64,000 nucleotides of DNA from Chloroflexota bacterium (lineage in GTDB: Bacteria > Chloroflexota > UBA11872 > VXOZ01): NCBI GenBank assembly GCA_963663275.1, contig OY760183.1, positions 32,001-96,000 of the forward strand, written 5' to 3'. The notes beneath the pieces were generated by a model. It saw nothing but the letters and a program-made list of their open reading frames with translations, was not told the DNA's origin and did no database searches. Each line of letters opens with the position of its first letter. Within the stretch, counting starts at the first letter, position 1. Of the stretch, positions 39,518 through 49,071 are shown in pieces. The translations under genes and the position numbers were made by a program.

Positions 39518-40876
39518 ATGCAAGGCGAACGCAAACGAATGACACGCCGGTTCCTGTTGGCGGGTGCGGCGAGCGGCGCGGGCATGGCGGCATTGGCGGC
39601 CTGCGGCACGGCGGTCATGGCGCCGGAAAGCGGCGATGCCCCGCAGGAAGAAGAGGCCAAGGCCGAAGAAGCGCCCCAGGCCATGGAGCCGACCGTCGTC
39701 AACGCCCTCATGGTCTTGCAGGGCCAGAACGAGACCTGGATCAACTCCTGGAACACCATCTTCGCCAACTTCGAGGCCGCAAACCCCGAATACACCATGG
39801 AAATTACCGATTCCACGTTCGGCGAAGTCACCACCAAGGCCGGCGCGGCCCTGGCGGCCGGCATCTCCTTCGACGACATCTACGGCTACTTCGGTTGGCT
39901 GGGCCCGTTCGTGGACGGCGGCATCATCCAGCCGGTCACGCCGTTGCTGGCGAAAGACACTGAGGTCTCCCCGGACGACTTCTACGAATCCGGCATTCTC
40001 AAGTACAAGGGCGTGGCGTACGGCCTGGCCTGGCTGCTCACCGCGCATCCCATCTGGTCGAACAACGACAAGTTCGTCGAGGCCGGCCTGAAGACGCCCG
40101 CGGAGTTGGAAGCCGAGGGCAACTGGACGTGGGAAGCCGTGCTGGAAGCCGCAACCAGGCTCACCAAGCGCGAGGGTGATGAAATCGTGTTTGGCGGCCT
40201 GCGCATCTACCCCACGCACACGTCCTACCTGCCCTACTACGCCTGGGCCTGGGGCGCGGACCTCTGGAATGAAGGGTGCACGCAAGCCACCTTCAACACA
40301 CCGGAGTTTGCCGACGCGGTGCAGTTCTGCGTAGACCTCTTTGCCAAGCACAAGGTTATCGGCGGCAACTTCCTGGAAGGCACGCTGGGCATGTTCGAGC
40401 GCGCCACCGGCGGCGTGCGCCAGTTCGAGGAGCGCATCACGGCCAACGACCTCTTCGAAATCGGCATGGCGGGACGCCCCAAGGGGCCGAACGGCGATAG
40501 CGCGACGGTGATGACGCCCATCGGCATCTTCATCGGCGAAGGCGCGAAGAACCCGGAGGGCGGCTGGGCCTTCCTGAAGTACACGGTGAGCGCCGACGCG
40601 CTGCCGGAAGTGGCGGCCACCGGCCAGGGCCGCTTCACCGCCAACAAGCATCTGGAACCGCTGACGCTCTTCCCCTACGAGAATCCCGAGGTCTACAAGC
40701 AGATGGCGAGCGAGGGCCGTCCGGTGCCGCAACTGCTGAAGCAAGGCGACTTCAATACCGAGTGGCGCGCCACCTGGGACGCCATGGTGGAAGGCTCGCT
40801 GACGGTGGCCGAGGGCATGGCCAAAACCCAGGAACAGGTACAGGGCTGGATCAACGAAGGCGGCTGCCTGCGGTAG
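39518..40876 (+). CDS. Extracellular solute-binding lipoprotein (carbohydrate-type), Tat signal
   Basis: TRRFLL twin-arginine, LAAC lipobox, NNDKFVEAGLKTP, WTWE, GWAFLKY. Confidence 0.85.
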   Translation: MQGERKRMTRRFLLAGAASGAGMAALAACGTAVMAPESGDAPQEEEAKAEEAPQAMEPTVVNALMVLQGQNETWINSWNTIFANFEAANPEYTMEITDSTFGEVTTKAGAALAAGISFDDIYGYFGWLGPFVDGGIIQPVTPLLAKDTEVSPDDFYESGILKYKGVAYGLAWLLTAHPIWSNNDKFVEAGLKTPAELEAEGNWTWEAVLEAATRLTKREGDEIVFGGLRIYPTHTSYLPYYAWAWGADLWNEGCTQATFNTPEFADAVQFCVDLFAKHKVIGGNFLEGTLGMFERATGGVRQFEERITANDLFEIGMAGRPKGPNGDSATVMTPIGIFIGEGAKNPEGGWAFLKYTVSADALPEVAATGQGRFTANKHLEPLTLFPYENPEVYKQMASEGRPVPQLLKQGDFNTEWRATWDAMVEGSLTVAEGMAKTQEQVQGWINEGGCLR

Positions 40877-40919
40877 GAGCATAGAGCGCCGCGTCTCTCT
40901 CCCGCGTTTCGACCGCACG

Positions 40920-41183
40920 GTAAGGGCACGACACGCCGGGTCTGTCCCGCGCCGGATCTGCCGCCGGTGGGGGCACGACTCGCCGCGCCATTCCCGCTCC
41001 GGGCCTACCGTACGTAGGGGCACGGCACGCCTCGCCATTCCCGCTCCGGGCCTACCGTACGTAGGGGCACGACACGCCGCGCCATTCCCGCGCCGGGCTT
41101 ACCGGCGATACGGGCACGACACGCCGCGCCATTCCCGCGCCGGATCTACCGCCGCGTAGGGGCACGACATGTCGTGCCCCTAC
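40920..41183. repeat. Degenerate tandem array of REP half-sites
   Basis: About six GGGCACGACACGCCGCGCCATTCCCGC-like units ending in a complete GTAGGGGCACGACATGTCGTGCCCCTAC (41156-41183). Confidence 0.75.
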
Positions 41184-41374
41184 GCGGCGCGTGACGATAT
41201 CTGCGAGAAATCCTTGCAAATTGACGCACAGTGTGCGTAGAATTACCATATAAGCAGTCTATGGGGGCGAGGCCTGCGCGCAAGCGGAAGAGGAAACCGC
41301 CCGCGGCAGCGTTTGTGTCTCGATAGAGTGCGGAGTGAGTTCATTCATTAGTCAACCCAGGAGGGGTGAACGCG

Positions 41375-42754
41375 ATGGCATCACTGTCCAGACGACATTT
41401 CCTCGGCACGGCTGCCCTGACCGGCGCGGGCGCGCTGCTTGCGGCCTGCGGCGCGCAGGCGGGCACCGGGGCCATGGAGGAAGCGCCCGCGGCTGAGGGC
41501 GATGGCGACGCCGGCGAGGCGATGATGGAGAAGTCGCCCGTCGTCTTCTGGTATACGGGCTTCGACCCGTGGAACTTCGATAGGGAAGAGATTCCCATGC
41601 AGATCCGCCAGGAGTTCGACGAAACCACCAACTACACAATCGTGCCGCTCATTCGCGGCAACGGCGGTTTCCGTGACATTCCCACCGTGGTAGCGGCAGG
41701 CGTCGCGCCGGACAACTCCAAGACCCAGTCGTACATCCAGCCCCAGTGGGGTCTGCTGGAACTCGTCCGTCCAATGGACGCCTACATCTCTGCCTCGGCC
41801 AATGTGCCGTTGGACGACCTCTGGCCGGGCAAGTACGAGGCCATGCAGTGGGCCGGCAAGACCTACGGCATCAGCTATAGCATCGATGCCCGCGTCATCT
41901 ATTTGAACGTGGACCATTCGCTGGAAGCCGGCCTCGACCCGGAAACTCCGCCGGCCTCCCGGGATGAGATGGACGAGGCGCTGCTCAAGGTGCACAAGAC
42001 TGAGGGCGACAACATCACCCGTCTCGGCTGGGACCCGTTCCGCGGCTCCGGCGGCATCCACACGTGGATGGTCGGCTACTGGCAGCAGGGCGGCGAGATG
42101 CTCAGCCCGGACCGGACGAAGATCCAGGTCAACAACGATCTCGCCATCAACACCGTGACCTGGCTCAAGAAAGTCCTGGACGGCCAGGGCGGTTACGATA
42201 AGGTCCGCGAGTTCCACGGCACCTTCGAGAACCGCTTGCAGGAGTACGGCAGCGGCGGCAACACCTACATGTATCTGACCAATGCTACTCGTGCCTCCCT
42301 CGGTCCTTACGCCGAGGGCCTCGAATACGACTTTGGGCCGTATCCGGCGCTGGATCCCAGCACCGCCCTGCAAGCCACCTACTCCGGCGACTGGGCGTTC
42401 TGCCTGCCCAACGGCAGCAGCAACCCCGACGGCGGTTTCGCCTGGGCCGACTTCATGTACGGCGCCGACGTCAACCTGCGATGGTCGATTGCCATGGACC
42501 GTATCCCAGTGCGTCAGAGCGTTGCCCAAAGCGAGGCCTACATTGGCGACGACAAGCTGCGCAAACTCGCCATCGACGAGATGGTTGGCGCCCGCTTCGT
42601 CGTGAGTGTGCCCGGCGCCGGTGACATTCTGCCGATCACGAGCAGGAGCCTCCAGGCCATCATGCGCAACGAGGTTACGGTTGCTGAAGGCATGCGCACG
42701 TTCGAGGAGCAGGCGCAGACGGCGATGGACGACTTCATTGCCGAGTTTGGCTAG
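41375..42754 (+). CDS. Extracellular solute-binding lipoprotein (carbohydrate-type), Tat signal
   Basis: SRRHFL, LAAC, GKTYGI, EAGLDPETPP, IPVRQS. Confidence 0.85.
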   Translation: MASLSRRHFLGTAALTGAGALLAACGAQAGTGAMEEAPAAEGDGDAGEAMMEKSPVVFWYTGFDPWNFDREEIPMQIRQEFDETTNYTIVPLIRGNGGFRDIPTVVAAGVAPDNSKTQSYIQPQWGLLELVRPMDAYISASANVPLDDLWPGKYEAMQWAGKTYGISYSIDARVIYLNVDHSLEAGLDPETPPASRDEMDEALLKVHKTEGDNITRLGWDPFRGSGGIHTWMVGYWQQGGEMLSPDRTKIQVNNDLAINTVTWLKKVLDGQGGYDKVREFHGTFENRLQEYGSGGNTYMYLTNATRASLGPYAEGLEYDFGPYPALDPSTALQATYSGDWAFCLPNGSSNPDGGFAWADFMYGADVNLRWSIAMDRIPVRQSVAQSEAYIGDDKLRKLAIDEMVGARFVVSVPGAGDILPITSRSLQAIMRNEVTVAEGMRTFEEQAQTAMDDFIAEFG

Positions 42755-42992
42755 ACACCGGCACTATGACGTGAGGAGTGCGCCCGCTAACCAGGCGGCA
42801 TAGGTGCTCACGGCAAGCGCGGAAGTCTGAAAAACACGAGCGCGGCGGCGGTTGCAAGAACCGCCGCCGCGCTCGCTGTCTTTGGGGATTGTGCCCTGGC
42901 CGCTGCGCTCGTTGTCTTTGGGAATTGTGCCCTGACCCCCGCGCGGCGGCGCGCCTACGGCGGCGGCGACGTGGTGGGCTATGGTTCCGGTC

Positions 42993-43289
42993 AAGCCCTT
43001 TGCATAACCCCTTCCTCATCGAGGGCTGACAGGGGTAGGCACGTGTCATTCCGAGCGGAGCGAGGAATCTAGAACCGACGTTTTTGCAGCGAAAGCCTTA
43101 GATTCCTCTCTCCGCTGCGCTCCGCTCGGAATGACACGTGAAGTCGGATGTACAATGCCTACCCCTGTCAGCCCATTGAGGGAGAAGGTTAGGATGGGGG
43201 TGCAATGGATTGACATCATCCTATGTTTCGTTGCAAACACCCTCTGGATTCCGGCTTTCGCCGGAATGACGGAGCTTTGCAGAGGTCTC
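42993..43289. mobile_element. MITE-A copy carrying a nested 152-bp MITE-C at 43023-43174
   Basis: Inner perfect 19-bp TIR GGGCTGACAGGGGTAGGCA / TGCCTACCCCTGTCAGCCC with ATCGA/ATTGA flanks; removing it leaves 140 bp matching MITE-A. Confidence 0.8.
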
Positions 43290-43907
43290 CGGAGAGGAGT
43301 CCGGCGGTGCGGGAACCGCGCGGCGGTTGAAGCGCGTCATGGTCTTTTCCAGCCCCTCGGCAACGAGGCTCAGCGCCGCTGCCACCGCCTCTTCGATCGT
43401 CTTCTCGATTGCCGGTTGCTCTGACGGCAGGAAGTCGCTGAGCACGTGGGCAATCGGGTCCATGCCCGCCGGCGGGCGCCCCACGCCGATGCGCAGGCGC
43501 GGGAACGCGCGCGTGCCCAGCGCGTCGATGACCGATTCCACGCCCCGGTGCCCACCGTGGCTGCCGCCGGCCCGCAGCCGCAGCCGCGCGAACTCCAGGT
43601 CGATGTCGTCGTAGACCACCACGACCTGCGCCGGCGCGATCTTGTAGAAACGGGCCGCCTGGGCCGCGGCCGCGCCGCTGTCGTTCATGAAAGTGGTCGG
43701 CTTGAGCAGCAGCATCGTCCGCCGCCCCACCGCCGCCCGGCCGAACCAACCCTGAAAGCGCCGGTCGTTGATGGACACGCCGGTCTTGGCCGCGATGCGG
43801 TCGAGCACGTGAAACCCGACGTTGTGACGGTTGGCGGCGTACTTCTTCTCCGGGTTGCCCAACCCGACGATGAGCCAACGGGTGGGATCCTCCGGTGTTC
43901 GTGTCAT
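43221..43907 (-). CDS. pth: Peptidyl-tRNA hydrolase with MITE-derived C-terminal tail
   Basis: LIVGLGNP, RHNVGF, KPTTFMNDSG, YDDID, GGHRG, RLRIGVGRP. Confidence 0.95.
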   Translation of the reverse strand: MTRTPEDPTRWLIVGLGNPEKKYAANRHNVGFHVLDRIAAKTGVSINDRRFQGWFGRAAVGRRTMLLLKPTTFMNDSGAAAAQAARFYKIAPAQVVVVYDDIDLEFARLRLRAGGSHGGHRGVESVIDALGTRAFPRLRIGVGRPPAGMDPIAHVLSDFLPSEQPAIEKTIEEAVAAALSLVAEGLEKTMTRFNRRAVPAPPDSSPETSAKLRHSGESRNPEGVCNET

Positions 43908-43982
43908 GTGAGCGCCTGGACTATTGGTTTCAACTGCCTTACTCTTGCGGAGACCCCCTCACCCTAACCCTCTCCCTGGGAG

Positions 43983-45248
43983 TGTACAGTCCGGGGACAT
44001 GGGTAACAGTTATTCAGGGAGATAGGTTACACATTTTGTTCACTGAGGTCTACCGTTCTTATCGGATTGACAGCGAAGTATACGTTCCAGACGCCGTCGG
44101 TTTGCGTGGGTCGCAGGGCGACGCGGGTGTGGGCGAAAGCTCGCCCCACGCGGAGGGTCTTGCCCTGGAACGAGATGCGGCCGCTGACGTCGACGGCGCG
44201 CACCTGGTCGTCGGGAGCGTAGGTGATGGGGGGCAGCGTTTCGGGAAAGGGCTGTGGACTGGGCGTGTACCGGCTGACGGGCGTGTTGAGCGTGAGGGCG
44301 TGGTGCGGGCGTTCCCGGTTGTAGAAGTGCCGCCAAGCGTCGAAGGCGCGCTGGCAGTGCTCCAGGTTGGTGAAGGTGCGACCGGCCAGGACTTCGCTTT
44401 TCAGGGAGCGGTGGAAGCGTTCCAGCTTGCCGAGGGTCTGGGGATGGTAGGGACGGCTGTGAAGCACCTTGATGCCCAGGCGCATGAGCCAGACGGTGAG
44501 CGGCGTGAAGGGATGGGCGCTGTCGTTGCCCCAGGGGGCGCCGTTGTCCATGAGCATGGCCGCAGGCAGGCCGTAGCGCCGAAAGACGCGGGTGAGGCGC
44601 TCCTGGACGGTCTGACCCCGCTCGTCGGCGCAGGCCTCCACAGCCAGGTTGTAGCGGGAATGGTCGTCGAGCACGGTGAGCGGATGGCAGCGGTCGCGAG
44701 ACATGGCGAAATGCCCCTTGAAGTCCATCTGCCAGAGTTCGTTGGGCAGCGGGCGCTCAAAGCGAATGAAGGGCATGCGCTTGGCGCTCTCGGCCGGGTC
44801 GATCAACCCGTGGCGCTTGAGAATGGCGTTGATGGTGCTCCTGGCGGGCACGTCGGCGTAGCCGCGGTTCCGCAGCATCCGGCCCAGCGCGTCCGCGCCC
44901 TTCCCCGGATGTGCCAGGCGCAAGGCGATGATGTGCCGCTCCATCTCTGGACGCGTGCGCTGTGGGCTGGTGTGCGGACGCCGCGACCGGTCCCCCAGGT
45001 TCTCCATCCCGCCCTGCCTGTAGCGCGTGCGCCACTTGTAGCCGGTCTTGCGGCTGATGCCCATACGCTTGCACAGTGCGCTCATGCTCACCTCACCCGT
45101 CAGCATCACGGCTATAAACTCTTCCCGCTCAGACATAGGTGTACTCACTTTCCACGACATGGTCGTCCTCCTCTAGTGACGAATTCCCATGCCTTATGGT
45201 GTAACCTATGTCCCTGAAAATGTGTTACCTATGTCCCCGGGCTCTACA
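43983..45248 (-). mobile_element. IS481-family insertion sequence
   Basis: TGT..ACA ends; 26-bp TIR TGTACAGTCCGGGGACATGGGTAACA / TGTTACCTATGTCCCCGGGCTCTACA (3 mismatches); subterminal repeats. Confidence 0.9.
44027..45160 (-). CDS. IS481-family transposase
   Basis: GISRKTGYKW, DRSRRP, LWQMDFKG, DDHSR, MDNG, PQTLGKLERFH, YNRERPH. Confidence 0.95.
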   Translation of the reverse strand: MSWKVSTPMSEREEFIAVMLTGEVSMSALCKRMGISRKTGYKWRTRYRQGGMENLGDRSRRPHTSPQRTRPEMERHIIALRLAHPGKGADALGRMLRNRGYADVPARSTINAILKRHGLIDPAESAKRMPFIRFERPLPNELWQMDFKGHFAMSRDRCHPLTVLDDHSRYNLAVEACADERGQTVQERLTRVFRRYGLPAAMLMDNGAPWGNDSAHPFTPLTVWLMRLGIKVLHSRPYHPQTLGKLERFHRSLKSEVLAGRTFTNLEHCQRAFDAWRHFYNRERPHHALTLNTPVSRYTPSPQPFPETLPPITYAPDDQVRAVDVSGRISFQGKTLRVGRAFAHTRVALRPTQTDGVWNVYFAVNPIRTVDLSEQNV

Positions 45249-45656
45249 TCCCAAAGGAGAGGGAACCGGAGGCCGCGTCGCGGGGGCTCGTCCCCCGCCT
45301 CTTCGGTTGACAGATAGCGCGGGGACTCATCCCCATTGATCTCGCACTAACCGTAGCGCGGGGGCTTGTCCTCCGCCTTCTTCTGACAGGGGTTTGCATC
45401 CTAGATCCGACTTCACGTGTCATTCCGAGCGGAGCGCAGCGGAGAGAGGAATCTAATGCATTGCCTTACAAATATCACCACTAGATTCCTCGCTCCGCTC
45501 GGAATGACACGTCCATACCCCTGCCTGTCCGCCCCCTGACTGAGACGCAGCGCGGGGACTTGTCCCCCGCCTCGCTGAGGCAACCGGTATTCGTAGCGCG
45601 GGGGCTTGTCCCCCGCCTCTTGTCAACCTTTGACGATACCATCGCGGGCACGGCGC

Positions 45657-46550
45657 CTAGCTTCCAATCAACAGGCCGTCGGCGCGCACAGCCTGGTAGA
45701 GCGCAAACCATTCGTCCAGCGACAATTCCTGCGGACGCCGCTGCGGCGCGATGCCCGCTTCCCGCAGGAGCCAGCGCATGTGCTCGTCGTCGACGCGCAG
45801 CAGCGCGCGCACCGAGTTGTGCACCTGCTTGCGGCGCTGGGAGAAGCCCGCGCGGGCCAAGCGCAGCACGTCGTCTACCGCCTCCGCCGGATAGTACGGC
45901 TGGGGGCGCTTGACCGCCTCCACCACCGCCGAATCCACCTGCGGCGGCGGAAAGTACGCCTGGGCGGGCACGTCGAACAGGCGCTTCGTTTCCATATACG
46001 TTTGCATGAACAGGGAAAGGTAACTCATCGCGCCCGGCGCGGCGCAGACGCGCTCGGCCACCTCGCGTTGCAGCATCACCACCATGCGCCGCGGGCCGGC
46101 GGGATGCGCCGCGAGACGCCGGATGACCGGTGTGGCGACGCTGTACGGCAGGTTCGCCGCCAACGTGTACGGCTCCGCGCCAAAGTGCGGCTCCGGCTCG
46201 AACGCCACGGCATCCTGGTGAACCGTCTCGACATTCGTGTGAAAAGCGAGCGTAGATTCCAGCAGCGCCACCATGCGGGCGTCGATCTCCACCGTCACCA
46301 CGCGCCGCGCCGCCGCCGCCAGACAAACGGTCAGACTGCCCAGGCCGGGTCCGATCTCCAGGATTTGGTCGTGGTCGCCGCGCCGCACGTGGCGCATGAG
46401 CGCCCGCAGCACACCGGGATCCGCCAGCAGATGCTGGCCCAGCTTGCGGCTCAAACGCAAATCCACCTGGCGCAACAGCGCGCGCATCGCGCCCGGACGG
46501 CACAGATCCCGCGCTTGCGCGGGAATGTCATGGACTTTGGAGTCGATCAT
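45657..46550 (-). CDS. rsmA: 16S rRNA m6,2A dimethyltransferase
   Basis: LGQHLL, LEIGPGLGSLT, VEID, ANLPY, MLQREVAER, FPPPQVDSAV, FSQRRK. Confidence 0.93.
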   Translation of the reverse strand: MIDSKVHDIPAQARDLCRPGAMRALLRQVDLRLSRKLGQHLLADPGVLRALMRHVRRGDHDQILEIGPGLGSLTVCLAAAARRVVTVEIDARMVALLESTLAFHTNVETVHQDAVAFEPEPHFGAEPYTLAANLPYSVATPVIRRLAAHPAGPRRMVVMLQREVAERVCAAPGAMSYLSLFMQTYMETKRLFDVPAQAYFPPPQVDSAVVEAVKRPQPYYPAEAVDDVLRLARAGFSQRRKQVHNSVRALLRVDDEHMRWLLREAGIAPQRRPQELSLDEWFALYQAVRADGLLIGS

Positions 46551-46725
46551 CTATCTATTCAAAGTGGTATTTCGGGTCCGGTAGCGCAGGTTTGTAACCT
46601 GCGTCAGCGCCGGCGTCGGCCCGGTTCCGGCCCAGCGCGCGGCGCCGCTAGTGCGGCGCGTCCCTAATTCATATAATACCGTAGAGAGCACAACGACATT
46701 CCCTCACACATCAAGGAGCGAAACC

Positions 46726-47448
46726 ATGCGGGTGCAGGCAATCGGCGCGCATCCTGACGACATCGAACTGCTTTGTGCGGGCACGTTGGCAAAGTACGCC
46801 CAGCAGGGGCACCACGTCACCATGTGCTACGTGTGCAACGGCGGTCTGGGCCACGTGGAGATCATGCCGCCGGAACTGAAAGAGGTGCGCAAGCAGGAGT
46901 CCAAGAACAGCGCGGACGTGATCGGCGCGGACTTCCAATGGCTCGACATCGACGACGCCGACGTGCGCCAGAGCACGAACGAGGCGCTGGCGCGCTTGGT
47001 CGACGCCGTGCGCGCGGCCCAGCCGGACGTGATCATCACCCACGCGCCCAACGACTACATGGACGACCACCGCCTGGTGGGCGAACTGGTGCTGAAAGCC
47101 AGTTTCGACGCCACCATTCCCCATCTGGTCTCCAAGCAGGAAAATCCGGCGCAACTCGTGCCCATCTTCCACATGGACACCCTGATGGGCGTGGACTTCC
47201 TGCCGGAAATGTGGGTGGACATCAGCGAGACCATCGAAACCAAGCGGCAAATGCTGGCCTGCCACGAGAGCCAGTACGCCTGGCTGATGGAACACGACAA
47301 CATCGACTACATCGATTCCATGGTCACCGTGGCCAAGTACCGCGGCCTCCAAGTGGGCACGCCCTACGCGGAAGGCTTCCGCCAGGTGCGCGTCTGGGGC
47401 CGCACAACCACCGTGCCGCTGCTGCCGACCGACATCGCGCGGGGATAG
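46726..47448 (+). CDS. PIG-L family deacetylase
   Basis: GAHPDDIE, PDVIITH, DDH, CHESQ, YAEGF. Confidence 0.88.
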   Translation: MRVQAIGAHPDDIELLCAGTLAKYAQQGHHVTMCYVCNGGLGHVEIMPPELKEVRKQESKNSADVIGADFQWLDIDDADVRQSTNEALARLVDAVRAAQPDVIITHAPNDYMDDHRLVGELVLKASFDATIPHLVSKQENPAQLVPIFHMDTLMGVDFLPEMWVDISETIETKRQMLACHESQYAWLMEHDNIDYIDSMVTVAKYRGLQVGTPYAEGFRQVRVWGRTTTVPLLPTDIARG

Positions 47449-47489
47449 TAATCATGCGCATGTCAGGCCGTCCAGGCGGAGAGTAGAAT

Positions 47490-48644
47490 CTAGCCAGTAG
47501 TTGCGGGTGCGTCAAGTATATCGACCAAATCGCGAACGACATACAGTCTCGGCCAAGTTTCTGGATGGAATTCAACTATCTCGATTCTGGCGAATCTGTC
47601 GAGTATCCGTCTAGCGCCGGCAGGAGAAATGTCCAACAATTCCGCCGCAGTCGGAGCGGTCATGAATGGCATCTCGAAGAGCGTGTCGAGCAACTTGAGG
47701 GCGCTTGCTGACTCCCGTTTGCTTTGTAGGAACTTTTTCATGCTGTCGTGAAGATCCCTCAGTTGCCTTGCACGGTGAAGGGCATCCCGAGCCTGCTCAA
47801 CGACTCCATCCAGAAAGTACCCGGTCCAAGTTTGCCAGTCTCCGGTTACGCTTACTCTGAACAATTGGCCATAGTAGGCGCCTCTATCGCGCTCGAAAAA
47901 GGCGCTGAGGTAGAGCAGTGGTTGCTTCAACACCTTCTTTTCGCAGAGAAAGAGGATGATGAGCAGGCGCCCCAGCCGCCCGTTGCCGTCTACGTAGGGG
48001 TGTATAGCCTCAAATTGGTAGTGCATCAGCGCGCATTGCACCAATGGCGGCAAGACCGATTCGAGGTTAACGAACTCTTCCCAATCTTGCAGCAAGTCAC
48101 GGACATATCTGGCTGGCGGCGGAACGTACGTAGCCTCTGCAAGCGGGCTGCCGTGCGAACCTATCCACACCTGCTGCTGTCGCAGTCTTCCTGTGTACGC
48201 GCCGGCTCCTCTCACTCCTTCAAGCAGCACTTCATGCATCTCGTTTGTTAGACGTACACAGAGCGGCAACTCCTCAAGTCGCCCAAGACCATGCTCTAGC
48301 GCCTTCACGTAATTGGCCACTTCAGCCACGTCTCCTTTGGGACGACGGGCTGTGGACGCTTCATAGAGGAATAGGTCTGAGAGTGACGCCTGCGTGCCCT
48401 CGATTCTGGACGAAAGCACGGCTTCCCGGCGCACAAAGGGCCTGATCAGCAGGTAAGGGTTAGGAATTGTCTCGCCAACACCGGAAAGTGTAGCTACTGC
48501 CCGCGACGCCTCGTCCAGTCGATAGATCAACTGGGGGTTGAGTTCGATTTGACGAGGAAGTTCGTCCGGCACAAAAGCTTGGTTGCCATCCGAGACCGGT
48601 ACCAAGCTACCGCACGGACTATTGATTAGTTGGTCGAGGGGCAT
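47490..48644 (-). CDS. Fic family protein (N-terminal inhibitory helix, Fic core, C-terminal wHTH)
   Basis: SSRIEG inhibitory motif; HPYVDGNGRLGR active motif; lower GC; next to tRNA-Gln. Confidence 0.9.
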   Translation of the reverse strand: MPLDQLINSPCGSLVPVSDGNQAFVPDELPRQIELNPQLIYRLDEASRAVATLSGVGETIPNPYLLIRPFVRREAVLSSRIEGTQASLSDLFLYEASTARRPKGDVAEVANYVKALEHGLGRLEELPLCVRLTNEMHEVLLEGVRGAGAYTGRLRQQQVWIGSHGSPLAEATYVPPPARYVRDLLQDWEEFVNLESVLPPLVQCALMHYQFEAIHPYVDGNGRLGRLLIILFLCEKKVLKQPLLYLSAFFERDRGAYYGQLFRVSVTGDWQTWTGYFLDGVVEQARDALHRARQLRDLHDSMKKFLQSKRESASALKLLDTLFEMPFMTAPTAAELLDISPAGARRILDRFARIEIVEFHPETWPRLYVVRDLVDILDAPATTG

Positions 48645-48801
48645 TGCGTACTCCAGTTGCAAATTCTGAGCCAATCGATACTAATCGACTGAATAGTATC
48701 GATTGTATCACAAATTGCAACCAGAGTATCGAATTGCGTTATTGCCGACAGGTGATGATATGGCTGCGTCCAAGCCAATCTAGGCCTAGCAGTTAGGAAT
48801 T

Positions 48802-48875
48802 TGGCTGGGGAACCAGGATTCGAACCTGGACTTATGGATCCAGAGTCCACTGTCCTACCATTAGACGATTCCCCA
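48802..48875 (-). tRNA. tRNA-Gln(CTG)
   Basis: TGGGGAA/TTCCCCA acceptor, anticodon arm GTGGA-CTCTGGA-TCCAT, TTCGAAT, encoded CCA. Confidence 0.95.
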
Positions 48876-49071
48876 AAGCGGCCGCCGCGTGTGCGGCCAC
48901 TTTCATGGTACTAAGCCGCTCCGACTTTCGTCAACAGGTTGCCGCGGGCATTGGGAACGAGGCGCGCCTCGGTTACAATGTGAGACGGGGAGGCCGCAAA
49001 GCAGGCGTGCGCCGGAGCGGGCGGTCTGAGCCAGGCGGCAAGCAGGACTGAATTAGGAAAGGAAAAAACAC

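Noticed and set aside
40920-41183. Possible CRISPR array between the two solute-binding genes
   Set aside because: Degenerate REP-derived tandem units with non-unique spacers
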